The notes beneath the pieces were generated by a model. The model saw only the letters and a program-made list of their open reading frames with translations. It made no database searches and had not been told where the DNA came from. 64,000 bases of DNA, from positions 96,001-160,000 of the forward strand of contig CAVWUU010000004.1 of the NCBI GenBank assembly GCA_963758295.1, read 5' to 3'. How positions within the stretch are numbered: the first letter of the stretch is position 1; each line of letters opens with the position of its first letter. This DNA comes from Candidatus Eremiobacteria bacterium. GTDB taxonomy: Bacteria > Vulcanimicrobiota > Vulcanimicrobiia > Vulcanimicrobiales > Vulcanimicrobiaceae. Positions 21,237-30,897 of this stretch are shown piece by piece. Position numbers and translations under genes: made by a program.

Positions 21237-22421
21237 ATGATCGAGCAGCCGCCGGCATCCGTCACCGACCGCGTTACGGCTTTACGCCGGGCGATTCACC
21301 GCCGTCCCGAACTCGGATTTGAAGAACATGAAACGTCGGCGCTAGTCGAACGCGAGCTGGATTCGCTCGGTATCGAACACCGGCGCGTGGCAAAGACCGG
21401 CGTTGTCGGCATCATCCGCGGGCGCTGTCCAGGACACGTCGTCGGCTTGCGCGCCGATATGGACGCGCTGCCTATCACCGAACGCACGGGGCTCGCATTT
21501 GCATCCGAGATTCCCGGAAAAATGCACGCCTGCGGCCACGACGCGCACACCGCAATGCTGCTTGGCGCGGCGCACGTGCTGCAAGGCATGCGCGAGCAGT
21601 TGCGTGGCACGGTCGTGCTGTTTTTTCAGCCGGCGGAAGAAGGGCCGGGCGGCGCAGAACCCATGATCGATGAAGGCGCGCTCGACGATCCGCGCGTCGA
21701 AGCGGTCGCAATGCTGCACGTTGATCCGCGCATCGCGCCCGGGTGAAATCGGCATCACGCCAGGGCCCGTCAATGCATCGGCGGACGAACTTTATATTAC
21801 GGTTCGCGGAAAAGGCGGTCACGGGGCGTATCCGCACACGGCGGTCGATGCGATCCCGGCTGCAAGCGCGATCGTGCTCGCGCTACAGAACTATCGCCGC
21901 GCGCGAAACGGATCCCCTGAAAAGCGTCGTCGTAACGATCGGAACGATCGGCGGCGGCTATCGAAACAACGTAATCGCCGATGAAGTGCAAATGTAGCGG
22001 CACGCTGCGCGCGCACGATCCGGAAGTGCGCGACGGCACTCGAAGCGACGCGTCCGGCGGATCGTCGACGACGTTGCCGCGGCGTACGGTGCGACCGCGG
22101 ACGTGCGCATCGTTCGCGGCTATCCGCCGGTGGTCAACAATGTTGCGCTGGCGGAAGCATTTGCGCGCTACGTGCGTGATGAAAGCGACGTGCGCGTGCA
22201 CCGGCTTGCTCCGACGATGGGCGCCGAAGACTTCGCCTATTTCGCGCGAGCCGTGCCCGGCGTGCACGTGCGTCTTCGGCATCCGCAGCGAGGCGGCGCA
22301 ATCGATCTATCCGGGCATAGCGCCGAGTTTCGAATCGACGAAGCGGCGTTGCCGGTCGGGGTGCGACGCTGGTGAATTCGCGACGGGCGTCGGCGCCGGG
22401 AATATACCGATCGAGCGATAA
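21237..22421 (+). CDS. M20D family amidohydrolase (several frameshifts)
   Basis: [40 protein letters not shown] and MGAEDF motifs across frames. Confidence 0.88.
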
Positions 22422-22422
22422 A

Positions 22423-22468
22423 CCGCTACAATAGTGCCTGCGATAAAAGCAGGCACTATATATAGTGC
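22423..22468. promoter_or_regulatory. Tandem NrdR-box-like operator
   Basis: Perfect 16-bp palindrome GCACTATATATAGTGC (22453-22468) and a degenerate copy CCGCTACAATAGTGC about 30 bp upstream. Confidence 0.6.
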
Positions 22469-22484
22469 GTTGAATGGATCAATC

Positions 22485-22983
22485 ATGGCTATTGTGACCG
22501 AGGCCTCGCCGAGCCTGGGCTGCGGTCGTTCAGTGCGAGCTCGAGATCGGTCGCCCGCTGAAGACGCGTTCGCGCTGCTATGCGCCGTGGAAAAGTGGCC
22601 CGTCTGGCTATCGTTCTTACGGAGCGCCAGGCTGGTCGAACCGCGCTCGCCGCTTGCTCTAGGCTGCGAGGTCCTCATTCGATCGTCGCTGCCGGGTGAC
22701 GAAGAGCAATTGTACGAAGTCGACCAGCACATCGCAAACTACCACTTGTCGCTCGTCGGCGCGTATTCCGTGCGCCGGCGCGCTCGATTTCCGCATCGAG
22801 CGGAAAACGTCGTGCGCGCGGCTTCACGTGAAAATTGCGTATCCCGCATATCACGGACGTTCGGTGCGCATCGCTCGACCGGTGAAACACGGCCGGAAGG
22901 TCGACGGCGCGCTGGACGAGGCGTTAGTTCACTTTAAGGGCCTCGTCGAGTACCGCAAGCGACGAGGTCCTGCCGACTTTTGA
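22485..22983 (+). CDS. SRPBCC/START-like (polyketide cyclase family) protein (frameshifted)
   Basis: P.E.AFALL..VEKWPVW motif; C-terminal helix LDEALVHFKGLVE in the next frame. Confidence 0.65.
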
Positions 22984-22984
22984 T

Positions 22985-23011
22985 TTAGCGGTCGTTGACC
23001 GAGAGTGCTAA
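22985..23011. promoter_or_regulatory. CIRCE element (HrcA operator) overlapping a sigma70 promoter
   Basis: TTAGCGGTC-N9-GAGTGCTAA versus consensus TTAGCACTC-N9-GAGTGCTAA. TTGACC lies inside the spacer and TGGTATAAAT just downstream. Confidence 0.8.
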
Positions 23012-23033
23012 CCTGGTATAAATTGCTAAGCGT

Positions 23034-23260
23034 ATGCCACTGTACGATTACCGCTGCAATCATGCGGAAGACGACCGAAGTGCGCCACGGATTCGACGAC
23101 AAGTACGACGGAGCTGTGCGCTAGTGTGGCGGCACCATGAGGCCGAGTGTTCAATCCGGCGCCGATCGTATTCAAAGGGTCGGGATTTTACGTGACCGAT
23201 TCACGTTCGCCGGCCAAATCGAGCGAAAGCTCTTCGTCGTCGGGCGACTCGGCGGCATAA
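23034..23260 (+). CDS. FmdB family zinc-ribbon protein (frameshifted; not in the ORF track)
   Basis: MPLYDYRC.. start; FNPAPIVFKGSGFYVTDSR motif; Ser-rich tail. Confidence 0.85.
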
Positions 23261-23264
23261 CGGC

Positions 23265-23589
23265 ATGACGCCGCGGCGTGCTTTCTCACCGCCTGGATCT
23301 GCTCGCGATCGTTCTTGCGATTGAGGCGCTGTTCGCGTGCATCGCCTTTGCGCGTGAAGCGCCGCATGGCTGAAGTGGCGGACATCGCCGTTCACGGCAA
23401 CGCCGAAGAAGCGCGAGCGTATGCGCACCGGCTCAACGCGGATCTCAGAAACGAGGCGCCCCTTCTAGTCGCGCGCGAAGACGCGATCGACTCCATCAAC
23501 AGCGCGCTCGAAAAATTCGCATGTCGCAAGCGTTTCGCCTTGCGAACGCGATGCGGCGGTTCGTCTACTTCTTTCCGGACGCTAGCTGA
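23265..23589 (+). CDS. Hypothetical membrane-anchored protein (frameshifted)
   Basis: Hydrophobic segment LAIVLAIEALFACIAF followed by a helical region; reconstructed across frames. Confidence 0.35.
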
Positions 23590-24766
23590 AGCCCGCCCCG
23601 GGCGCTTCGTCCTCGGGCGGCTCCCAATTCCACAAGAAAGCGGCGGTCAATCCTTCAGCAGGCGGACCCGAATGCCGTGTGGTGCCGCAGGTTCCGGGAC
23701 GGCAAACGGTGCACCAAACGGGGATTGCGGTGAGGCCGAGTTCGGTTTTGGAGCGCGAGCCACGCGCGCCGTCCGGCGCAGAAATGCCAGGGGTAAACGT
23801 CCAGGCAGCGGCTCGCTCAGCGGCGTCGGGCGACCGCCGCCGGCTTAGGCGGCGGGCGGCGTGAGCCGGCGACTCGGCGGGGCGGTGGAGGCGCGGGTGG
23901 CTCAACCGGTGGCAATTCGTAGGCGACGAGGCGTGGACGGCGGCGGATGGCGCGGCCGCGGGTTCCGGAGCGGCATTGCGCGGCGCGCGGGCGCTTCGGC
24001 GTTGTCACGGCGACGGGGCGCGCGGGACGCTAAATTCGGCGCCGGGAGATCGCCCACGGCCGCACCCATGAGTACGAATCGCGGCGGCGGAAGCATCGCC
24101 GATCGGAACGCTCTGCGATCGCGCGTAACTCTTCCATGAATTCGCGCGGCGCTTGTTCCACTTCCATGGTGTCGTAGCAGCAACTGCACCGAATCTGAAA
24201 AGATACTCACGCGGCGGAACTTTCGTAAACGCAAACACGTGTTGCGTGATTTCCGCCTTCACGAACTCAGCAGTTTCTTCCAATAGTCGAGGGCTGGTAG
24301 TATTCGAATTGCCCGAGTTCGCGTTTGGCCTGCGAGTATAGCGGACGCGATGCGTTTGCCGAGCGGATCGGCCGGGGGCGCGGGCTCGACCACGGCGACG
24401 CGGCGCGCGACGCGCGCCAATTCCGATAGCACTTGCGCGTGGAAGAACGGATCGATTTCGTGCAGATAATGAAAGGAAATCGCAAGGTCGAACGTGTTGT
24501 CTTTCGCGGGAATCACCGAAGTGCTGCCGCGCAGCAACTTCGCTCCCAGATCGGCGAAGCGATGGATTTCTTCCTTGCGGTGTTCGATCACCGTGACGTT
24601 GGCGCCGGCGTCCATGCGCGCGCTTTACGTAGTTCCCGTCGGGACCATAGCCGCAGAACAGAATCTTCGTGCGCGGCTCTACGACGAGCGCTTCCCAAAC
24701 CAGCGTTTCGAGGTGCCGTGATTCGGCTTCGAACTCGTCGGCCGTGTAAACCGGCTGAACGTTCAC
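23582..24766 (-). CDS. Class I SAM-methyltransferase-like protein with a long Pro-rich C-terminal tail (many frameshifts)
   Basis: ILFCGYG, IPAKDNTFDLAISFHYLHE and LSELARVARRVAVVE motifs; tail ends WNWEPPEDEAPGAGFS. Confidence 0.6.
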
Positions 24767-26052
24767 GCGATCTGTACTCTCCTTAATGTCTCGACGAAAT
24801 CCGGAAAACTGACGTCGATGCTTGCGTCGCTATCCACGGTTAGCGGTCCGGCCGCCGCAGCGAGCACGGCTGTTGCCATGGCGATACGGTGGTCGTGATG
24901 CGTTTCCACCACGCCCGCTTCGCCCCTTGGCGTGCCGCCGTGAATCACGAGTCCGTTTGCTGCTACCTCCAATTCGATGCCCACCGCTTCCAAAAGGCGC
25001 TCGATGGCGGCGACGCGATCCGATTCTTTGGTCCGTAATTCCCGGATGCCGGTAATTTTGGTGTCGCCTTTCGCGAACGCAGCGGCGGCGGCAACGAGCG
25101 GAATCTCGTCGATCGCGCGAAGCGCCATATCGGGACCAACCGTCGTTCCTTGCAATTGCGCCGACGTAATGTGAACGTCGGCAACCGGTTCGCCGCTGAC
25201 TTCCCGCTCGTTTTGTACGTCGATATGCGCGCCCATCGCCAGCAGGATGTCGAGCAGCCCCGTTCGCGTCGGATTGACATTGAGGTCTTCAATGCGCAGG
25301 TCGCTGCCGTTCGTCAGCGTTGCGGCTGTGATAAAGAAGGCCGCCGCGGAGAAATCGCCGGGCACGTCGACCGGCGCAACGCGATTCGGACCGCTTTGCA
25401 AGTCGATGCTCTTTCCGTTCCAGGTTATCTCCGCCCCGAGATACTTGAGCAATCGTTCCGTATGATCGCGCGACCCGGTATCGGCGTTGATCTGCACGGG
25501 GCTCTTCGAGAAAACGCCGGCAAAAAGCAGCGCGGACTTGATTTGCGCAGATGGCGTAATCAAGATGAAGCGCCGCGTGTCAATATTCGGCGTGCCCTCG
25601 ATTTCGAGCGGAAGTTTGCCGTCGTTCGTTTCAATTTTCGAGCCAAATGCACGAAGCTGCGCCGCGACGGGCTCCATCGGCCGTTTGCGCAACGAGTCGT
25701 CGCCGTCGAATTGCGCTCGCACGTCCGCACCCGCGCATACGCCGAGCAGCATCCGTGCGGTGGACCCGGAATTCATGCAGTCGATCGGTCCCATTGGATC
25801 GCGCAATCGGCCGCCGCTGATATGCAAGGAGACATTATCGCCTTCGACATGCGCTCCCAGTGCAATGAGCGCTTCCAGCGTTGCGCGGACGTCCCGTCCG
25901 GGATTTAAGTTAGCGATCGGAAGTGGTTCGGTGCCCGCGGCACCTGCAATGAGCGCGCGGTGCGAAATCGATTTATCGCCGGGAATCTTGATGGAGCCGC
26001 GAAGCGCACCCGCAGTAAAGCGGCGCTGACTGGAGGTACCGGGGTCAGGCAT
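24763..26052 (-). CDS. aroA: 3-phosphoshikimate 1-carboxyvinyltransferase
   Basis: PGDKSISHR, NSGST, SAQIKSA, RDHTER, KESDR and DHRIAM motifs. Confidence 0.96.
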   Translation of the reverse strand: MPDPGTSSQRRFTAGALRGSIKIPGDKSISHRALIAGAAGTEPLPIANLNPGRDVRATLEALIALGAHVEGDNVSLHISGGRLRDPMGPIDCMNSGSTARMLLGVCAGADVRAQFDGDDSLRKRPMEPVAAQLRAFGSKIETNDGKLPLEIEGTPNIDTRRFILITPSAQIKSALLFAGVFSKSPVQINADTGSRDHTERLLKYLGAEITWNGKSIDLQSGPNRVAPVDVPGDFSAAAFFITAATLTNGSDLRIEDLNVNPTRTGLLDILLAMGAHIDVQNEREVSGEPVADVHITSAQLQGTTVGPDMALRAIDEIPLVAAAAAFAKGDTKITGIRELRTKESDRVAAIERLLEAVGIELEVAANGLVIHGGTPRGEAGVVETHHDHRIAMATAVLAAAAGPLTVDSDASIDVSFPDFVETLRRVQIA

Positions 26053-26215
26053 AACGCTCTGCAGTTGAGAGCGTGGCCCCGCCGGTCCTGCAGCGACTGG
26101 CCCGGAAAAGTGCGCGTTGGCTAAAGCTGCCGTCAGCGCGCTCTCCGAACTAATCTTGAATGTACGATACGGCCTGTGAATGACCGTGCTATTAAAAGAA
26201 CGGTGATTGGGGTCT

Positions 26216-26560
26216 TTAATCGGGCAAAACGCACGCGACGGAACGGTTGAGTTCTACGCGAAGGTGTTTTGCCGATACCGAACGGGCGCGTTGGTCGATC
26301 TCGACTCGCGAAGCTTTCGTTCCGTCTTCGGATTGAAAGCTTACGGAGATCGTCGCGTTTTCGCCGAAGGATTCCTCAGTCGCGACTCCGGCCGTTCCGG
26401 CGATCCGGCCGTGGCCTTGCGCAAACGTGATCGATCCCATCGCATCGTTGCAAGAATGCAATGCGCGCTTGAACGTGACGTTCGAATCGTGAAGCGTCAC
26501 GGTTTGTGCCATGGTGGAAGCCGCGAGCAGAAGAACAGAAGCGACGACCGCGAGATTCAT
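26216..26560 (-). CDS. Small secreted hypothetical protein
   Basis: Signal peptide MNLAVVASVLLLAASTMA; GGGAG SD; two Cys. Confidence 0.6.
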   Translation of the reverse strand: MNLAVVASVLLLAASTMAQTVTLHDSNVTFKRALHSCNDAMGSITFAQGHGRIAGTAGVATEESFGENATISVSFQSEDGTKASRVEIDQRARSVSAKHLRVELNRSVACVLPD

Positions 26561-26658
26561 AGATCACTCCCTACTTTGAGCACCGAGGTTCCGGTGGGAA
26601 GGTGGGATAGGAAAGCCATTCTCGCGGTTCTGCCGGTTTCGCCTGCCCCCTCCATATG

Positions 26659-26684
26659 AAAAAACGCTCGTAGATTACGAGCGT
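26659..26684 (-). terminator. Terminator after tRNA-Leu
   Basis: ACGCTCGTA/TACGAGCGT stem with a T-run on the minus strand. Confidence 0.7.
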
Positions 26685-26690
26685 AGTTCA

Positions 26691-26774
26691 TGGTGGGGAA
26701 AGTGGGATTTGAACCCACACGAGTTGCCCCGGCCGCTTTTGAGGCGGCTGCGTCTGCCGTTCCGCCATTTCCCC
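26691..26774 (-). tRNA. tRNA-Leu(CAA)
   Basis: Reverse complement GGGGAAATGGCGGAACGGCAGACGC..CTCAAAA..GGTTCAAATCC..TTTCCCCACCA. Confidence 0.95.
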
Positions 26775-26781
26775 ACGGCGA

Positions 26782-29205
26782 CTAGGGGCGATTCGCGGCG
26801 GTGGGCGGTGCTCCTTGCGAGAGCGTAAATCGAATGGTTTCGTCCCGGTTTGCCGGGTAGACCAGCCGTTCCAGGCGGTATTCTGCCTTGACCGTCTCTT
26901 GCGCTTGCGCTTGCGGGTCTTTCGGCCACGCAACATCAACGCCCGCCGGCGCGATTGCCGACAGCGACGCGGCGGGTTCGGATGCCCGAATCGTCACCAC
27001 GAGCGATTCGCCGTCGAGTTCGAAGTGCTTGGTGAAATGCACGGGCGCCGGGCCGAAGTCTGGTGCCTCGTACGTACAGGTGACGCTCTTGCGTTCCTGC
27101 CCATAAGCGCATTGATAGGGGCGATTGAACGTGCCTGCTTCGATCGGATGCGTGTACGCCGCGATATAATCGCGCGGAGAAGGGGGCGGCGGCGATTCTA
27201 CGTCGTCGCGCACCGCGCCGATAGACGTAAAGAGATTCTTGCCATCCGCAAGATTCTCGAAAAGGAACACGCGAGCGCCGGCATTCGCGGCAATGACTAC
27301 GCGAACCGCGCCGTCGTTCAACTCCAACGTAGGCGAGCCGTCGTCATAGGCATCGTCGGGCGTTGAAGCCGTTGCCGTCCAGGCAGCGTGGGTAACCGGG
27401 ACGCGACTCGGCGGGAGTGATGGCGGAGCGGCGGGCGCGAGCGGTTGCACGGTGATATCATGCGCGCCGTTGCGGTCGATCCAGAAGTCGCACGCAGATT
27501 GCGGCGCCATAATGTACGCCGGCAACTTTATCGCATGGTTGCCAAGCCGAACGGTTACGGAGGGAACGGCACGCGCTGACTGCGATGCATTAAATGCGTC
27601 GAAGACCGCCGCTGTACCGTGCGGATTAACCAGCAGCGCAGCGTCGGTGATCCCGTGCGTCGCAGAACTAGCACCGGCCGCAACCGCTGCATCGACCGAT
27701 GCTTCGACGGCAACGTGGGCGGCGCGAACGCCCGCTAGCCGCCGGTCGATCGACGGAAGGTATCGCATCGGGAAACCGGTTTGCGGGACGACCAAAAACC
27801 GTGTTGCTCGCAGATCGTTTAGCGAATCGTAACGCAGGTCCACTAAGCGGCACGTGCGTGCAAGAGTGCGGCACCGTTGCAATGCCGCAATCGTCAGATC
27901 GGCCATGTGTCCGATGCGATCGTTCGGAACGAGCGTCGCATCGTAGGCGCTGGGGAGCCAGGCGATCTCGATATCGGTTTGCGGCCGCATTGTCGCGAGG
28001 TCTGCGCCGTGCGTGCGAAGGAGCGAACCGAACGCATCGACGGCCGAGGCGCGCGGGCTTTCCGTACCCTGAAGCGAAAATGCCGCCCTCCACGCATAAA
28101 ACCAGTTCGTCCACGGCGCTTCCCACCCAGCCGGATTGAGGGTATCCGCCAGCGGGAAATTAACGACGCCGTGCGCGCCGTACTGAAGCATTTCGTGCAG
28201 CGCAATCGTGGTATTCTGCGGCGTGGACGCGCGAGCAGCGACTTCGTCCGCGCCTTGCAGCCAGCCGGCTTGGAATTCGCTCGCCATAACCGGTTTGCCG
28301 GGCTGCGTTTGCAACAATGCGGTAGAGAAGCCGAGTTGCGCGATGTCGTGATCGCCGATGATTTCCGCATCGGATTGGTACCAGTTTCCCCAAGCCCATG
28401 CCGGCGCGGAGGCCGTAACCTTCATTTGAAAGGTGTTGATAAAGAGCGGCACGTTCGTCCCCACCGTGGATTGAACCGTGGAGCGCAGCCAGCTCATATA
28501 TTGATGCCAATGCGGTGCGGGCCATGTGTCATTGTCGATATACGCGCCTTGATCGTCGTCAAGTGCAATTGCGAGGACGTCGTGCGACCAGGGCTCGACC
28601 TCGTGCAGAACATCGTGCAGCCAGTGGGAAGATGCTGCGAGGTGCGTTCGGTTAGCGAGCCACTCCGCGGCCGCCGCATCGGCGTGCGCATTTTGATACG
28701 TGGCAGTGGCCGGGTAGCGACCTTCCAGGACATCGTGCAGCGGCATATTGTATTCCGGTCGCTCAAGCAGCCAATCCGGATAGCCGCCGTTGCGCCACTC
28801 GTTACGAATCACGGGACCCGGCCGTACAATCGTTTTGAAGCCCAACTCGTGCACGAGAGAAAACAACGCGTGCAAATCACGCCGCGAATTCGTCGCTCCG
28901 GTGAAATCTTTGGTTTTTGAGTCGGGTTCGTGCCAATTCCAAATAAGGTAGAGGTCAATCGTATTGATGCCGGCGCGTTTATATGAAAGCAGGGCGTCAC
29001 GCCATTGCGATCGAGGCGTGCGCTCGTAAAAGAACGCTGCCCCGTACACGAAAAACGGCTTCCCGTTCACCAGAAAGACCGGCGTGCCGCCTTCGTTGGA
29101 GATTTTCGCGGTGTGCCAGGTGCTCCACGTATCGGCCGCTCGCGCGCCAAGCGGCAGCAAGAAGAAGAGCGCGGCTGCAACGGCGACTCGCCAAAACCTC
29201 ATCAT
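26782..29205 (-). CDS. Secreted GH35-like beta-galactosidase
   Basis: Signal peptide; AGINTIDLYLIWNWHEP, RPGPVI.NEW..GG.P.WL and SEFQAGW motifs. Confidence 0.82.
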   Translation of the reverse strand: MMRFWRVAVAAALFFLLPLGARAADTWSTWHTAKISNEGGTPVFLVNGKPFFVYGAAFFYERTPRSQWRDALLSYKRAGINTIDLYLIWNWHEPDSKTKDFTGATNSRRDLHALFSLVHELGFKTIVRPGPVIRNEWRNGGYPDWLLERPEYNMPLHDVLEGRYPATATYQNAHADAAAAEWLANRTHLAASSHWLHDVLHEVEPWSHDVLAIALDDDQGAYIDNDTWPAPHWHQYMSWLRSTVQSTVGTNVPLFINTFQMKVTASAPAWAWGNWYQSDAEIIGDHDIAQLGFSTALLQTQPGKPVMASEFQAGWLQGADEVAARASTPQNTTIALHEMLQYGAHGVVNFPLADTLNPAGWEAPWTNWFYAWRAAFSLQGTESPRASAVDAFGSLLRTHGADLATMRPQTDIEIAWLPSAYDATLVPNDRIGHMADLTIAALQRCRTLARTCRLVDLRYDSLNDLRATRFLVVPQTGFPMRYLPSIDRRLAGVRAAHVAVEASVDAAVAAGASSATHGITDAALLVNPHGTAAVFDAFNASQSARAVPSVTVRLGNHAIKLPAYIMAPQSACDFWIDRNGAHDITVQPLAPAAPPSLPPSRVPVTHAAWTATASTPDDAYDDGSPTLELNDGAVRVVIAANAGARVFLFENLADGKNLFTSIGAVRDDVESPPPPSPRDYIAAYTHPIEAGTFNRPYQCAYGQERKSVTCTYEAPDFGPAPVHFTKHFELDGESLVVTIRASEPAASLSAIAPAGVDVAWPKDPQAQAQETVKAEYRLERLVYPANRDETIRFTLSQGAPPTAANRP

Positions 29206-29260
29206 GCGCCCAGGTCATTCGGTGAGGTATGCGGGCTACCCCGTGGCGAACGAATAGGCG

Positions 29261-30301
29261 ATGCAAAACGGCGGATATGCACGGCTTTTGGGCCTCGAGG
29301 GCAACGTTTGGTTCGATTGGATCGATAGCGAAGCGCTTGCGGGAAATGCGCTCGGCGATTCGAGTACCAAACCGGTCGTCGTATACACGCCGCAGGATTA
29401 CGATGCGCAAGGCTCCCGGCGTTATCCGGCCATCTACATCTTACACGGCTACACCGGCGACGCAGCCAAACTCGTCTCGGCGGCTCAGTGGGAACGCAAC
29501 GTGCTGCAGTGGGCCGATTCGCTGATTCGCGAGCGCCGCATGCCGCCGGTAATTGTGGTCCTAGTCGACGGTTTCACGCGTTTAGGCGGATCGCAGTACG
29601 TCGATTCGATTCAAAACGGTAATTATGCGACGTATGTGACGCGCGATGTCGTGAATCACGTCGACGCAAATTACCGCACGATTGCGCGCGAGGGCGGCCG
29701 CGCCGTTGCCGGCAAGTCCTCAGGCGGATTCGGAGCGATGCATCTCGTGATGCAGCAACCCGGTGTTTTTGCGGCGTTTGCCTCGCACAGCGGCGATGCG
29801 TACTTCCGCTATATCTTTCCGCAATCGTTTGCGGATGCGCAGCGTACGCTCGAACGCCACGATTTTAACATTGAGGCGTTCGTGGAAAGCTTTGAAGGCA
29901 AACACAAACGCGGACACGCGGAATTCGATACGATGACGGGCCTGGCGATGGCGGCCGCCTATTCGCCGCGATCGGCGAAGCCGTTTGATATCGATTTGCC
30001 CTTCGATCTGAAGTCGGGCGAACTCCGCCAGGACGTGTTCGACCGATGGCTCGCGTTCGACCCGGCCGAACGCGTTGCAAGCTCGCTCGGGGAACTAGAG
30101 CGGCTGCGCCTGCGTTACCTGGACTGCGGGCGCCGCGACGAGTACAAGCTCGACATCGGCGCGAGAATAGTCGCAGATCGAATGCGTGAGGCCGGGTTAA
30201 CGGTCCGCCACGAGGAGTTCGACGACGACCACCGCAACGTTGCATATCGATACGCAGTCTCGCTTCCCGCCCTCGCCGGCGTCCTAGACGAAAGACCATG
30301 A
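29261..30301 (+). CDS. Putative esterase (alpha/beta hydrolase, Fes-like)
   Basis: VYTP..Y, YP.IY.LHG, GKSSGG nucleophile elbow, DCG..DE and C-terminal His. Confidence 0.85.
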   Translation: MQNGGYARLLGLEGNVWFDWIDSEALAGNALGDSSTKPVVVYTPQDYDAQGSRRYPAIYILHGYTGDAAKLVSAAQWERNVLQWADSLIRERRMPPVIVVLVDGFTRLGGSQYVDSIQNGNYATYVTRDVVNHVDANYRTIAREGGRAVAGKSSGGFGAMHLVMQQPGVFAAFASHSGDAYFRYIFPQSFADAQRTLERHDFNIEAFVESFEGKHKRGHAEFDTMTGLAMAAAYSPRSAKPFDIDLPFDLKSGELRQDVFDRWLAFDPAERVASSLGELERLRLRYLDCGRRDEYKLDIGARIVADRMREAGLTVRHEEFDDDHRNVAYRYAVSLPALAGVLDERP

Positions 30302-30897
30302 AACGTTTCGCCCTGCTTCTCATCGCGCTTTTGGCCGCCGCGCCTTTCACCGTTTCCGCTCAGACGGCTCCGTCGAACGGTGGCGCAAATCCATCGTGGA
30401 CGCCTACGCCTACGCCGATCAATCCTCATCAATATAACGACGCCGCGATGCACTTCGAGGCGCCGCCGGCGTGGCATCTCGTAGGCTACCGGGTTCTGCC
30501 GCTCTCGGCGCTCGGAGACGATCTGCAGGTGGTAGCGGGCTGGGCGAACGGCGACGGAAACCGGCCTCAAGCGATTACCATTTCGCAGGAAAGCTTCGAC
30601 GGCAACGTCTCGAGTTTCGAAACGCGCTTCGAAAACGACATGCGCCAACAGTACGACAACATTCTGGTGAAAAGTAAAGAACCGACGACGTTGCTCAACG
30701 GAATGCCGGCGTACTTCCTCGACATGTCCTACGGCGAAGGCTTCACGGCGCGCAAGCAATTCGCCCTGTTATGGGCGGACGGCTCGCGCGGCGTAGCTAT
30801 TTCGGTAATGGGCCGGGTTGGTGAAATCGACCCCGCGTCGGCAAAGAAGCTGATCTCAAACGTGAGCGCGGTCCGCTACCCGTTCGGTCGCGAGTAG
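30298..30897 (+). CDS. Secreted hypothetical protein (possibly PsbP/DcrB-like fold)
   Basis: Signal peptide, PT linker, HFEAPPAW and TLLNGMPAY motifs. Confidence 0.65.
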   Translation: MKRFALLLIALLAAAPFTVSAQTAPSNGGANPSWTPTPTPINPHQYNDAAMHFEAPPAWHLVGYRVLPLSALGDDLQVVAGWANGDGNRPQAITISQESFDGNVSSFETRFENDMRQQYDNILVKSKEPTTLLNGMPAYFLDMSYGEGFTARKQFALLWADGSRGVAISVMGRVGEIDPASAKKLISNVSAVRYPFGRE

